A stretch of DNA of 18,732 bases from NCBI GenBank assembly GCA_042219045.1, contig JBDGQO010000032.1, positions 4,127 to 22,858 on the forward strand, read 5' to 3'. Position 1 is the first letter of the stretch; each line of letters starts with the position of its first letter. The translations under genes and the position numbers were made by a program. This document shows positions 7,148 to 18,666 of the stretch, one piece after another. The notes below the pieces were generated by a model, which worked only from the letters and a program-made list of their open reading frames with translations, ran no database searches and was not told the origin of the DNA. The DNA comes from Candidatus Bipolaricaulia bacterium. Lineage in GTDB: Bacteria; Bipolaricaulota; Bipolaricaulia; RBG-16-55-9.

Positions 7148-8341
7148 ATGCGACGTTCACGCGCGCTCGCGTGTGGATTGTTGATGGGGGCCGTGATGGC
7201 GCTCGTCGCGCTCCCCGTCGTAGCCCAAGACGCCCAACAGACTCCGAGCACCCAAGGCCAGTTGACCCTGACCACGCCGTATCCGTCCCAGTCGGTCGAG
7301 GTTGGCAGTACCGTCAATTTGCCCCTCAAAGTTCGCGTTGACAAATTATCCCCTCAGATCGTGGACTTGACGATGGCGCAGACGGCCGACGGCTGGAATG
7401 CCTCGTTCATCGGCGACGGTCGGGCGGTCCGGGCCGTCTATGCCCAGCCTGACTCACCCGGCTCGGTCAGTCTCAAGTTGGAGCCATCCGGGGACGTCCA
7501 ACCGGGCACCTATGAGTTTGTCGTGCGGGCGGAAACTCGCTCCGCCGATCGGCAAGCCGAGTTGCCCGTCACCTTAAATGTCGAGGAACAAGTTCCGCCT
7601 CAACTGTCGTTCAACGTCGAATTGCCCACGCTACAGGGCACGCCGAACGGAACGATCACCTATCAAGCCTCGCTCAAGAATCAGGGAGATCGTGACCTCG
7701 TGGTCAGCCTCTCTGCGGATGCGCCAAAGAAGTTTGAGGTTACCTTCAAAAGTCAGATAGGCGGCCAAACGGTGACGAGTTTGCCGGTCAATGCCGGCGA
7801 ATCAAAAGACCTTCAGATTGAGGTCTCCATTCCTGAAAGTATTTCAGCTGGTGAATATCAGGTTGGCGTGCAGGCATCGGCGGAGGACGTCCAAGAGACA
7901 CAGATATTGAACGCCGTCGTCGAGGGTGAGGCCGACCTGTCGATCTCGACATCCGGTGATTCCGCCTCCACCAACGCCACGATCGGTGAGACGACATCGG
8001 TGCAGTTTGCCGTGCGCAACCAGGGAAGCGCGCCGGCCGAGAACGTCTCGCTCAACGCATCGTCTCCATCTGAGTGGAACGTTCAGTTCCAAACGGCCAA
8101 CATCGGCACCCTCCAGCCGGGCAATGAAAAAAAGGTGACCGCGCAAATTACCCCATCCCAGGACACGATCGCTGGCGACTATTTTGTCACGGTCACCGCG
8201 AGTTCAGGCGGGAAATCGGCCTCTCAGGAGTTGCGCATGACCGCCCAGACGACCTCAATGTGGGGCATTGTCGGCATCGCGTTGGTTGCCGTCGCGCTCG
8301 GGGTCGTGGGCCTCGCGATTGTCCGTTACGGACGGCGGTGA
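7148..8341 (+). CDS. Secreted, C-terminally anchored Ig-like repeat protein (NEW3/COG1470-like), paralog 2, 397 aa
   Basis: GGAGGT at 7136-7141 before ATG 7148; colinear with paralog 1 ([45 protein letters not shown]). Confidence 0.85.
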   Translation: MRRSRALACGLLMGAVMALVALPVVAQDAQQTPSTQGQLTLTTPYPSQSVEVGSTVNLPLKVRVDKLSPQIVDLTMAQTADGWNASFIGDGRAVRAVYAQPDSPGSVSLKLEPSGDVQPGTYEFVVRAETRSADRQAELPVTLNVEEQVPPQLSFNVELPTLQGTPNGTITYQASLKNQGDRDLVVSLSADAPKKFEVTFKSQIGGQTVTSLPVNAGESKDLQIEVSIPESISAGEYQVGVQASAEDVQETQILNAVVEGEADLSISTSGDSASTNATIGETTSVQFAVRNQGSAPAENVSLNASSPSEWNVQFQTANIGTLQPGNEKKVTAQITPSQDTIAGDYFVTVTASSGGKSASQELRMTAQTTSMWGIVGIALVAVALGVVGLAIVRYGRR

Positions 8342-8345
8342 TTCC

Positions 8346-9302
8346 ATGAGTGAGCCAGTCATTGAGACGGATCAGTTGACCAAGGACTACGACGGCTTGA
8401 CGGCGGTCGAGAATCTGGATCTCGTCGTCGACGAAGGCGAGGTGTTCGGCGTCCTCGGGCCGAACGGCTCGGGCAAGACGACCACGATCCTGATGCTGCT
8501 CGGCCTGACGGAGCCGACGTCGGGAACGGCCCGCGTAATCGGCCTAGACCCGGCGCGGCGTCCCTTGGACGTCAAAGCGCGAGTCGGGTATCTGCCCGAG
8601 CAAGTCGGATTCTACGAGGACCTAACCGCTCGCGAGAACCTCGCCTACATTGCTCGATTGAACGGCATCCCGCGCCAAGACGCGGACGCTCGCATCGACG
8701 ACGCCCTCCAACGGATCGGGCTTGGCGAGGCGGCCGACCGCGAGGTGCAGGGCTTCTCGCGCGGCATGCGCCAACGGCTCGGATTGGCGGAGATCCTCGT
8801 CAAGCGCCCGGACGTGGTCATCCTGGACGAGCCGACGCTCGGCCTCGACCCCCAGGCCGCGATCGACCTGCTTGAGACGATCAAGGGCCTCAAGGACGAG
8901 GGAATCACCATTCTCCTGTCGTCGCACCTGCTCTATCAGGTGCAGGCGATCTGCGACCGCGTGGGGCTGTTCCATCGCGGCCAGATGGTGCTCGAGGGGA
9001 CGGTTCCGGACTTGGCTCGCAACATCCTGGGCGGCGCCTATCGCATCAACTTGGAGGCCGAAGGGCCGGACTTGAGCGAATCGCTCCAGGCGATCGACGG
9101 CGTCCTCGGCGTGGAGCAGTCCGACGGCGGGCACTATGTCGTGGAGTCCGAGCACGACCTGCGCGCCCAGGTCGCCGAAACGGCCGTCGGAGCCGGCGGG
9201 CGGGTCCACGGGATCGACATCAGCGAGCCGAGCCTCGATGAGGTCTACGCCGAGTACTTCCGGAAGGAGGGATCATCCAATGGCCGAGGCGACGCCGAAT
9301 GA
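8346..9302 (+). CDS. ABC transporter ATP-binding protein (ABC-2/CcmA-like)
   Basis: Walker [10 protein letters not shown]-loop YLPEQ, signature FSRGMRQR, Walker B VILDEP, H-loop SSH. Confidence 0.95.
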   Translation: MSEPVIETDQLTKDYDGLTAVENLDLVVDEGEVFGVLGPNGSGKTTTILMLLGLTEPTSGTARVIGLDPARRPLDVKARVGYLPEQVGFYEDLTARENLAYIARLNGIPRQDADARIDDALQRIGLGEAADREVQGFSRGMRQRLGLAEILVKRPDVVILDEPTLGLDPQAAIDLLETIKGLKDEGITILLSSHLLYQVQAICDRVGLFHRGQMVLEGTVPDLARNILGGAYRINLEAEGPDLSESLQAIDGVLGVEQSDGGHYVVESEHDLRAQVAETAVGAGGRVHGIDISEPSLDEVYAEYFRKEGSSNGRGDAE

Positions 9303-10269
9303 ATCCACGACGACCCGGATCAGCGGTCGCCAAGGATCGCCCTGGACGGGATTGCGAGCCGTCTTCAGCAAGGAGTTGGCCGATCACCTCTCTAGCACAC
9401 GCATGCGGATCCTGGAGCTATTGATATTGATCACGGCCGTCGGCACGGTCTACATGGTCATCTCCAACATCAGCACCGCCGACAGCGGCGATCCGATGCT
9501 CTATCTCAAGCTTTTGACGGAAAGCTCGGGCCGCATTCCGGCATTCATCGGCTTCATGGGCTTTCTGATTCCACTCGTGGCGATCGCCCTCGGGTTCGAT
9601 TCCGTGAACGGGGAGTTCAACGGGCGGACGCTGTCACGCGTGCTGGCCCAGCCGATCTATCGCGACGCCGTGCTGTTCGGCAAGTTCTTGGCCGGACTGT
9701 TCACGCTGGCGTTGGTGCTTGTGGCCATCTGGTTGCTCGTGATGGGCCTGGCGGTCTTCCGGCTCGGCGTGCCGCCCACGGGCGAGGTCGTTGCGCGTGG
9801 GCTGCTCTATATTGCGGCTGCTATCGCCTACGGGGGCATCTGGCTGGCGTTGTCCATGGTATTTTCGATCGTCTTTCGCCAGCCGGCCACGGCGGCCCTG
9901 GCGGCCATCGCCGTCTGGCTATTCTTTACGGTCTTCTGGGGCATGCTCGTCGGCCTTGTCGCCAATGCGGCCTCACAGGGCCAGGTGGCCCAAGCCGAAC
10001 TGTCCATGGCGCTGTCGCGCATTTCGCCGAATACCCTCTATTCCGAGTCGGTCCTGGCTCTGTTGAATCCGGACGTGCGGGCGCTCGGGATCGTGCAGCC
10101 GAGCATGCAACAGTTCCAGCAGCTCCAGCAGTCCGATCCGGACGCGACGTTGTCCGTGGGGCAGAGCCTCGTTTTGATTTGGCCTCAACTGACAGCCATG
10201 ATCGCGGCGATGCTCTTGCTGTTCGCCTACGGCTACGTTCGCTTCCAACGTCAGGAAATCCGGGCTTAA
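9280..10269 (+). CDS. ABC-2 type permease (NosY/COG1277-like)
   Basis: AAGGAGG at 9264-9270; several TM helices; [24 protein letters not shown]...GKF motif; overlaps the ATPase gene end. Confidence 0.88.
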   Translation: MAEATPNESTTTRISGRQGSPWTGLRAVFSKELADHLSSTRMRILELLILITAVGTVYMVISNISTADSGDPMLYLKLLTESSGRIPAFIGFMGFLIPLVAIALGFDSVNGEFNGRTLSRVLAQPIYRDAVLFGKFLAGLFTLALVLVAIWLLVMGLAVFRLGVPPTGEVVARGLLYIAAAIAYGGIWLALSMVFSIVFRQPATAALAAIAVWLFFTVFWGMLVGLVANAASQGQVAQAELSMALSRISPNTLYSESVLALLNPDVRALGIVQPSMQQFQQLQQSDPDATLSVGQSLVLIWPQLTAMIAAMLLLFAYGYVRFQRQEIRA

Positions 10270-10489
10270 TCACGGCGCGACGCTGCAGGCCACGACCGAC
10301 AACGCGACGCAGCTGCCTCGGCGCCCAAGCTCTGACCATCGCGAATCGATGGGAGAAAGGACGAACGGTCCCGCGACAGCACGTCCACGTTTGATATCAT
10401 CGACACATGGATGCCGAGTGACGGAAAGGTTGCGTTCGGCGTGCCCGTTCCGTTCAATGGACTAGGGATCGGGAGCGCGATATTCACCT

Positions 10490-11611
10490 ATGCCTGATTT
10501 ACAACAGGGAACACGCGTTTTATTCGGCACAAGCTCGTGGGGCCTCGGCCATGCCACGCGTGATCTGGCCCTTATCCGAGCACTTCTCCACGAAGGCTGT
10601 CGAGTGACGGTTGTCTCCGACGGGAACGCGCTACAGCTCCTGCAGGAGGAGCTGGGCGACGCCGTGACGTTCCTTGACTGGCCAGATATCCCCACGTCCA
10701 TCGCGTCGTCCTCCTGGCGCTACTACGCCAAGACGGTCGCGAACATCCCGCAGATCTTGGCCACGTGGCGAGAGGAGAAGCGCCAACTTGCGGAGCTGCT
10801 GCAACGGCGCTCGTTCGACCTCATCGTCTCGGATCACCGCTTCGGCCTCGTCACCCCGGAGGTGCCCAGTTACTTTATCACCAACAGCCTCCGCTACATT
10901 GCGCCCTGGCGCGATCCCATTGTGGAGGCGACGATGGAGGGCTTCGTCGCGCGCTGGCTCAAGCCGGTGCGCGGCGTCTTCATTCCCGACGACGTGGAGA
11001 GCGGCCTCACGGGAGACATGAACCACAACCTACGCTTTTTCCCACGGGAACGGCGCATCTACCTCGGCCTGCTCTCCAGCATCCGGAAGCGGAATGTGAC
11101 CTCCGACATCGACGTGTTTATCACGATCTCCGGGCCCGAGCCCCAACGGACGATGCTCCAGGAAAAGATCTTCCAGCAGCTGCCTATCCTCGAGGGACGT
11201 CGCGTGGTGGTGACCTTGGGTCAGCCGGGCCAAGATCCGCCGTCGACCCCGCCCGGCGTCGAGGTATACAACTACCTCGATCGTCAACAACAGGAAGAAA
11301 TGCTCAACCGCAGCAAGCTCATCGTCTGTCGCTCGGGATACTCCACGATCACCGAACTGGCGCTGCTCGGCAAGCGGGCCTTGCTCGTTCCCACACCCGG
11401 CCAGACCGAACAGCTCTATCTGGGCCAGTTCCTTCACGAGCGCGGCCTGTTCCACAGCGTCGACCAGCGCGATCTCGACCTCAGTCGGGATCTGCCCCGG
11501 GCCATGGAGCGGCCGGGCTATCAGCCGGATCACCAAGCCGACCGATCGATCCAGCTGTTCCTGGACACGGTCCTCGGCGACGCGGCCGCAGCGACGCGTA
11601 CCCCATCCTGA
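10490..11611 (+). CDS. GT-B fold glycosyltransferase (GT28-like)
   Basis: N-terminal GLGHATR, DLIVSD, C-terminal CRSGYSTITE and LVPTPGQTEQ. Confidence 0.88.
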   Translation: MPDLQQGTRVLFGTSSWGLGHATRDLALIRALLHEGCRVTVVSDGNALQLLQEELGDAVTFLDWPDIPTSIASSSWRYYAKTVANIPQILATWREEKRQLAELLQRRSFDLIVSDHRFGLVTPEVPSYFITNSLRYIAPWRDPIVEATMEGFVARWLKPVRGVFIPDDVESGLTGDMNHNLRFFPRERRIYLGLLSSIRKRNVTSDIDVFITISGPEPQRTMLQEKIFQQLPILEGRRVVVTLGQPGQDPPSTPPGVEVYNYLDRQQQEEMLNRSKLIVCRSGYSTITELALLGKRALLVPTPGQTEQLYLGQFLHERGLFHSVDQRDLDLSRDLPRAMERPGYQPDHQADRSIQLFLDTVLGDAAAATRTPS

Positions 11612-11725
11612 GTCACGTCTCAACTGATCGACCGATCCATCCCTGGCTTATCAAAGCGGCAACAACGGGGCATAGGGAGGAGGCGTGAGTCATAGCATCG
11701 GAGCCGCCGGGACCTGCAATCCCGG

Positions 11726-13750
<2,025 letters not shown>

Positions 13751-13762
13751 GGAACGGCCTTT

Positions 13763-13771
13763 ACTCTATCA
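13763..13771 (-). promoter_or_regulatory. Possible extended -10 promoter for uvrB
   Basis: Minus strand reads TG-A-TAGAGT, ending 12 nt before ATG 13750; there is no SD, consistent with a very short leader. Confidence 0.3.
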
Positions 13772-13817
13772 AGCGCCCAACGTCCCAACCAGGCCGCGGG
13801 CCTCATCGCCGTCGAAT

Positions 13818-13846
13818 TTGACGACGCAGTCGTCAGCACCTACGAT
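13818..13846 (+). promoter_or_regulatory. sigma70-type promoter for the peptide ABC operon
   Basis: TTGACG (13818-13823), 17-nt spacer, TACGAT (13841-13846). Confidence 0.6.
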
Positions 13847-14066
13847 ACGGCCGTTTTATGAGGACTGGTGCCACCATGATCCGTGATCGAGTTTGTCCGG
13901 CCCCAAATCCGATGCCTAGCTGAGCAACAACCGCCGATCCCACCCCGACTGCTCAATCTGCCATTGAGCTTTCTCATCTGGGTTCGGGACAGTCGCTGTC
14001 GCGCTCCGTCCTCGTTGAATCGGGTTCAGCCCAGAAACATTTCAGTCCAATAAGGAGGTACGAACG

Positions 14067-15587
14067 TTGTCCCTTGACCGTTTAACGCGACGAAGCTTTT
14101 TGAAGCACATGGCCGCGGGCACGGCCGCACTGTCATTGCCGCTGGGATCTGGATCGCTCACGCGGGCCCAGCCCGATCGGCTCACAGCCGTGGTCAACGC
14201 GGGGCCGGACACGATGGAGCCGACCCGCAACAACGACCCGAACCTCCAAGTCGTCGCCAACATGTTCGACGGGCTCCTGCGGCGCGACGCGGCGGGCAAT
14301 CTCCAGCCTGCGCTGGCGAAGTCGGTGAATCGCGTGGAAGCCGACGTCTGGGAGATCGAGCTCCGCGAGGGCGTCCGCTTCCACAACGGCAATCCGTTCA
14401 CCGCCGAGGACGTCAAATTCAGCCTGGAGCGGCTCACGAGCGACTTCTCCGAATTTCGCGCCTTCGGCGAGTCGATTGCCGAGGTCCAGGTCGAGGGCGA
14501 GCACTTCGCCCGCGTCATTACCGACGGCCCGTTGCCGTTCTTTGCCAACAACCTCCATCAGATCTTCATGTTGGATAGCGAGTCGAGCCGGAACCGCTCC
14601 CAGCAGGACATCGCACAGAACCCCATCGGCACGGGCGCCTATCGCCTTGCGGAGTGGAACCGCGGCCAGTTCGTCGACCTGGAGGCCAACCCCGACTACT
14701 GGAACGGCGCCCCGGCCATCAAGAACGTCCGCCACCAAGTTGTGCAGGACGACTCGACGCGCCTGGCGGCACTCGAGACCGGCGACGCCCAGCTCGTCAA
14801 AAGCCTGCCCGTGCAGTTTGCCGAGCGGGTCCGCGCCAGTTCCGGGCTCGACCTCATCGTCCGCGACGGGCGCCAGGCGATCTTCTTTTCGCCGCAGTTC
14901 GTTGACTCCCCGTTCGAGGACATCCGCGTGCGCCAGGCGGCGTATCACGCGCTCAGCGCCAGCACGATCATCAACCAGGTGCTCAACGGCTTCGGCGCGC
15001 GGTCGGCCCAAGTCCCCGACCCGCCGACGCTCGGCTACGACGCCGACATCGAACGGCTCGAGGCCAATCAAGAGCGGGCCCGCCAACTGCTGAGCGATGC
15101 CGGCTTCCCGAACGGCTTCGACCTCACCGTCGACGTGACCAATAATCAATTCGCCAACGACGTCGAGGTTGGCCAGGCGGTCGCGCAGCTCTTGAGCCAG
15201 GTCGGCATCAACGCCGAGGCACGCGCCCGGCCGGCCTCGCTGTTCTTCGAGGACGTCAACGCCCATGTGCTCGATTTCTTCATCGTCGGTTGGTTCGACG
15301 GCGCGTATGACTTCGGCCGCACGGCACAGAATCTCTTGACGACGGGCGCCGTCTTCAACGGGAACCAGTACAGCAGTCCGCAGTTCGATGCGCTTATCCA
15401 GCAGAGCAACCAGATCCTGGATCGCAGCGAGCGCGAGGCCGTGCTCCAGAAGGCCAATCGGGTTGCCATGGAGGACGTGGCGCTCGTGCCGCTGTACTAC
15501 GAGGCCGACCTCTGGGGGACCGCCAGCGGCCTGCAGTTTGAGCCGCGTGCCGACGGCTGGACGGTCTATCACGAGCTCAGTTTCTAA
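14067..15587 (+). CDS. ABC transporter substrate-binding protein, family 5 (Dpp/Opp/Nik-like), Tat-exported
   Basis: TAAGGAGGT before TTG 14067; twin-arginine TRRSFLK; LREGVRFHNGNPFTAEDVKFS, PIGTGAY and ANPDYW motifs. Confidence 0.93.
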   Translation: MSLDRLTRRSFLKHMAAGTAALSLPLGSGSLTRAQPDRLTAVVNAGPDTMEPTRNNDPNLQVVANMFDGLLRRDAAGNLQPALAKSVNRVEADVWEIELREGVRFHNGNPFTAEDVKFSLERLTSDFSEFRAFGESIAEVQVEGEHFARVITDGPLPFFANNLHQIFMLDSESSRNRSQQDIAQNPIGTGAYRLAEWNRGQFVDLEANPDYWNGAPAIKNVRHQVVQDDSTRLAALETGDAQLVKSLPVQFAERVRASSGLDLIVRDGRQAIFFSPQFVDSPFEDIRVRQAAYHALSASTIINQVLNGFGARSAQVPDPPTLGYDADIERLEANQERARQLLSDAGFPNGFDLTVDVTNNQFANDVEVGQAVAQLLSQVGINAEARARPASLFFEDVNAHVLDFFIVGWFDGAYDFGRTAQNLLTTGAVFNGNQYSSPQFDALIQQSNQILDRSEREAVLQKANRVAMEDVALVPLYYEADLWGTASGLQFEPRADGWTVYHELSF

Positions 15588-15607
15588 ACGCCCCATCGAA
15601 AACGACG

Positions 15608-15644
15608 CGAGCCGGGGACGACACTCGCGGTCGTCCCCGGCTCG
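15608..15644 (+). terminator. Perfect 15-bp intercistronic hairpin (partial terminator or mRNA stabiliser)
   Basis: CGAGCCGGGGACGAC-actcgcg-GTCGTCCCCGGCTCG after the binding-protein gene, a typical position for a step-down element. Confidence 0.7.
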
Positions 15645-15677
15645 TTCCATTGGCATCCCGACGATTACCCTCACGGC

Positions 15678-16649
15678 ATGATCGGCTATCTGGCGCGGCG
15701 GCTCTTGCAGAGCATCGTGGTGCTGTTCGGCATCTCGTTCATCAGCTTCGGAATCTTCCAATTCGCTGGCGATCCGATCCGCGCCAACTACAACGTCCAG
15801 GAGCTGACCCAGGATCAGATCACGGAACTTCGCGAGCGCATGGGGCTGGACGAGCCCTTCTACGTCCAATATGCGCATTGGCTCGGCGACGTGATCCAGG
15901 GCGACTTCGGCTTGAGCTATCGCCAGCGGCTGCCCGTCATGCAGCTCATCCTGGAGCGCGTCCCCGCGACGGTCGAGCTGGCAACGCTCGCGCTGTTCAG
16001 CGGCACGTTTCTGGGAATCGTCCTCGGCGTCTGGTCGGCGGTCCACCCGAGATCCGCCTCAGCAAAGGCCGTCATCGTCACCTCGCTGCTCGGAATCTCG
16101 ACGCCGACCTTTGTCGTGGGGCTGTTGTTGATCCTGCTGTTGTCGATCGGGCTCGGCTGGCTGCCCCCGTTCGGACGGGGCGAGACGGTCACGGTCCTGG
16201 GCGGTTGGGACACGGGGCTCTTGACCGCCAGCGGCTGGCGGCATCTCGTTATGCCCGTGATCACGCTCGGCCTCTTCCAGATCGGGGTCATGGCTCGCCT
16301 GACGCGCAGCGGCATGCTGGAGGCGCTCTCGCAGGACTACGTCCGCACCGCCCGCGCTAAGGGACTGCGCTCCGGCCCCGTTGTCGTCAAGCACGCGCTG
16401 CGCAACGTGCTCATTCCCGTCATCACCGTGCTTGGCATGAGTTACGGCGAGTTGATCGCCTTCTCCATCGTGACGGAAACGATTTTCCAATGGCCGGGGT
16501 TGGGCCAGCTGCTGCTGGACGCGGTGTTCGCCGCCGACCGGCCCGTCGTCGTCGCCTACATCATGCTGACGGCGATCGTCATTCTCGGGCTCAACCTGAT
16601 CGTCGACCTGCTCTACGCCGTGCTGGACCCGCGGATTCGCTATGCCTGA
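15678..16649 (+). CDS. Peptide/nickel ABC transporter permease, DppB/OppB-like
   Basis: GLDEPFYVQY, GDFGLSY, EAA-loop DYVRTARAKGL, KHALRN, ETIFQWPGLG, LDPRIR. Confidence 0.95.
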   Translation: MIGYLARRLLQSIVVLFGISFISFGIFQFAGDPIRANYNVQELTQDQITELRERMGLDEPFYVQYAHWLGDVIQGDFGLSYRQRLPVMQLILERVPATVELATLALFSGTFLGIVLGVWSAVHPRSASAKAVIVTSLLGISTPTFVVGLLLILLLSIGLGWLPPFGRGETVTVLGGWDTGLLTASGWRHLVMPVITLGLFQIGVMARLTRSGMLEALSQDYVRTARAKGLRSGPVVVKHALRNVLIPVITVLGMSYGELIAFSIVTETIFQWPGLGQLLLDAVFAADRPVVVAYIMLTAIVILGLNLIVDLLYAVLDPRIRYA

Positions 16650-17523
16650 CGCCAGCAGCAAGCGCTCCCTATGGCGGGACTTCCGGCGGAGCCCGATGGC
16701 CCTTGTCAGCAGCGCGTTGATCGCCGCGCTCGCACTGGGGGCGATCTTCGCGCCTTGGCTCGCGCCCCAGAACCCTTACAACCTCGAGACGCTGAACTTG
16801 CTCGACAGCAACCGGCCACCGATCTGGTTGCCCAAGGGGAAAATGCCCTATTTGTTGGGCACGGACAACCAGGGCCGCGACATCCTGAGCACGATCCTCT
16901 TCGGGCTGAGGATCTCCTTCCTCGTTGCGATCGGCGTCGTCACGTCGGCGGGCGTGTTGGGCACGGCCATCGGGCTTTGGACGGGCTTTCGCGGCGGTTG
17001 GCCGGACGCGCTGCTGATGCGCATCGCCGACATCGTCTTTTCCTTCTCGACGACGCTGATGGCCATTCTCATCATGGGCGTCTTCCAGGCGCGCGGCATT
17101 GTGCCCGTGATCTTCGCCATCGCGATCACCGACTGGGTCCGCTACGCTCGCACCGCCCGCGGCAGCACCATGTCGGTCAGCACCCAGGAGTTCGTCCAAT
17201 CCGCGATCGCCCTCGGTTTGGGGACCCCGCGCATCCTCGTCCGCCACATTCTTCCCAACGTCCTGCCGCCGTTGTTGATCATCGCCGCCGTCGACTTTGC
17301 CGTCGTGATCGTCCTGGAGTCGACGCTCAGCTTCCTCGGCATCGGCGTGCCGGTCTCGCAGCCGTCGCTGGGGATGATGATCTCGAACGGTAGCGAATTC
17401 CTTTACGCGGGGCGCTGGTGGATGATCGTCTTCCCCGGCCTGACGCTCGTGGTGTTGACCATGGCGGTCAACGTCTTCGGCGACTGGCTGCGCGACGCGC
17501 TCAATCCGCACGCGCGGACGTAG
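16642..17523 (+). CDS. Peptide/nickel ABC transporter permease, DppC/OppC-like
   Basis: LLGTDNQGRDILS, EFVQSAIALG, RHILPN, LSFLGIG, GDWLRDALNP; 8-nt overlap with the preceding permease. Confidence 0.95.
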   Translation: MPDASSKRSLWRDFRRSPMALVSSALIAALALGAIFAPWLAPQNPYNLETLNLLDSNRPPIWLPKGKMPYLLGTDNQGRDILSTILFGLRISFLVAIGVVTSAGVLGTAIGLWTGFRGGWPDALLMRIADIVFSFSTTLMAILIMGVFQARGIVPVIFAIAITDWVRYARTARGSTMSVSTQEFVQSAIALGLGTPRILVRHILPNVLPPLLIIAAVDFAVVIVLESTLSFLGIGVPVSQPSLGMMISNGSEFLYAGRWWMIVFPGLTLVVLTMAVNVFGDWLRDALNPHART

Positions 17524-17596
17524 CACGGAGGCCGATGACCGGACCCCGTCGACATCCAGCAGGCCACGCTTTCGACGGTGACTGATCTGATTCACC

Positions 17597-17809
17597 CTAG
17601 GGAACCGGATCATGCCCGCCCGAATGCCACGGGTGGCACTTGCCGACGCGCTTGAGGGCCAACCAACCGCCCTTGAGCGGGCCGTGCTTGCCCAACGCAC
17701 GGCGGGCGTATTCCGAACAGGTCGGGTAAAAGCGACAGCTGGGTGGGGATAAGGGCGAGATGAACGCCTGATAGCAACGAATCAAGCCGCGCAGCGCCGA
17801 TCGGACCAT
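17597..17809 (-). CDS. yidD: Membrane protein insertion efficiency factor YidD
   Basis: YQ..ISP...[11 protein letters not shown]...HG..KG....RV.KCHPW..GG.DPVP signature; GAGGAGG upstream. Confidence 0.95.
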   Translation of the reverse strand: MVRSALRGLIRCYQAFISPLSPPSCRFYPTCSEYARRALGKHGPLKGGWLALKRVGKCHPWHSGGHDPVP

Positions 17810-17818
17810 GGCCTCCTC

Positions 17819-17857
17819 AAACTAGTCGACCGGCGCTGGCCGTTCAAGCGGCTTGAA
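17819..17857 (-). promoter_or_regulatory. Candidate yidD promoter overlapped by a 7-1-7 palindrome
   Basis: Minus strand TTGAAC (17847-17842), 17 nt, TAGTTT (17824-17819); TTCAAGC-G-GCTTGAA at 17843-17857. Confidence 0.35.
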
Positions 17858-17949
17858 TCTTCAATAACGACACCCCTGGCGCCTGATGACGCATCGCGTC
17901 TGGACGTTTCTTGGGGCAAGTCCGCGACTCATGGTCCCATCCGTGACCG

Positions 17950-18666
17950 TCAGGTTGCCTCGTCGCCGCCCCGCTCCTTGAGGCGGTCTTCGTCCTTGAC
18001 GATGATCTGGTAGCGCTTCTTATCGAGGATGCCCTCTTGGGCGAGGGAGTTGAGCGCGCTGGTGGTGTTCTCACGGGCGCTGCCGATCAGATCGGCCAGC
18101 TCCTTGTGGGTGATCTTGAAGTCGATCCGCTTTCCGTCGTCCGTGTCGACACCGTGTTCCTCAATCAGTTTGAGGATCTGGCGGGACAGACGGGTAGGAA
18201 TGTCCTTGAACACTAGGTCTTCCAGCTTGCTCTCGATCTCTCGGGTGCGCCGCCCGAAGAGCTCTATGACTTCCAACGCGAGGTCGGGTTGCGAGCGCAA
18301 CAGCTCCGTGAAGCGCCCCTTGTCGATGTGATAGATCACCGCGTCTTGAAGAACTTGGGCAAGCAGCTCGCGCTGCGGCTTGCCCACGAGCACCATTTCG
18401 CCGAAGATGTCGTCCTTGCCCAGAATGGAGAGGGTCAGCTTGCGGCCGCTCTGATCCAAGTAGGCCAGCTTCACGACGCCGGACTCGATGTAGTAGAGGC
18501 AGTCGTCGACGTCACCTGGGCGATAGACTTCCTCGCCCTTCAGGTAACGACGGCCCTCGCTCGGATCAAAGAGCTTCTTGACCTCTCGGATCAGCTGCCG
18601 GGCTTGGGCGCCGCCCGGGTCGTCCGAGGTTCGGATGAGGCTTCCGTAGACGTAAGCTTGATTCAT
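17950..18666 (-). CDS. Crp/Fnr family transcriptional regulator
   Basis: cNMP-binding domain (YYIESGVVKL, DIFGE) and C-terminal HTH ITHKELADLIGSARENTTSAL. Confidence 0.93.
   Translation of the reverse strand: MNQAYVYGSLIRTSDDPGGAQARQLIREVKKLFDPSEGRRYLKGEEVYRPGDVDDCLYYIESGVVKLAYLDQSGRKLTLSILGKDDIFGEMVLVGKPQRELLAQVLQDAVIYHIDKGRFTELLRSQPDLALEVIELFGRRTREIESKLEDLVFKDIPTRLSRQILKLIEEHGVDTDDGKRIDFKITHKELADLIGSARENTTSALNSLAQEGILDKKRYQIIVKDEDRLKERGGDEAT

Noticed and set aside
10270..10489. 220-nt gap before the glycosyltransferase
   Set aside because: Only short, weak stems (e.g. ACGGAA/TTCCGT) and no recognisable element.
13856..13930. SAM-I riboswitch-like words (TTAT, GGACTGG, GCAAC, CCAAATCC)
   Set aside because: The order and spacing do not match the SAM-I consensus, and the AUC...GAU P1 core is missing.
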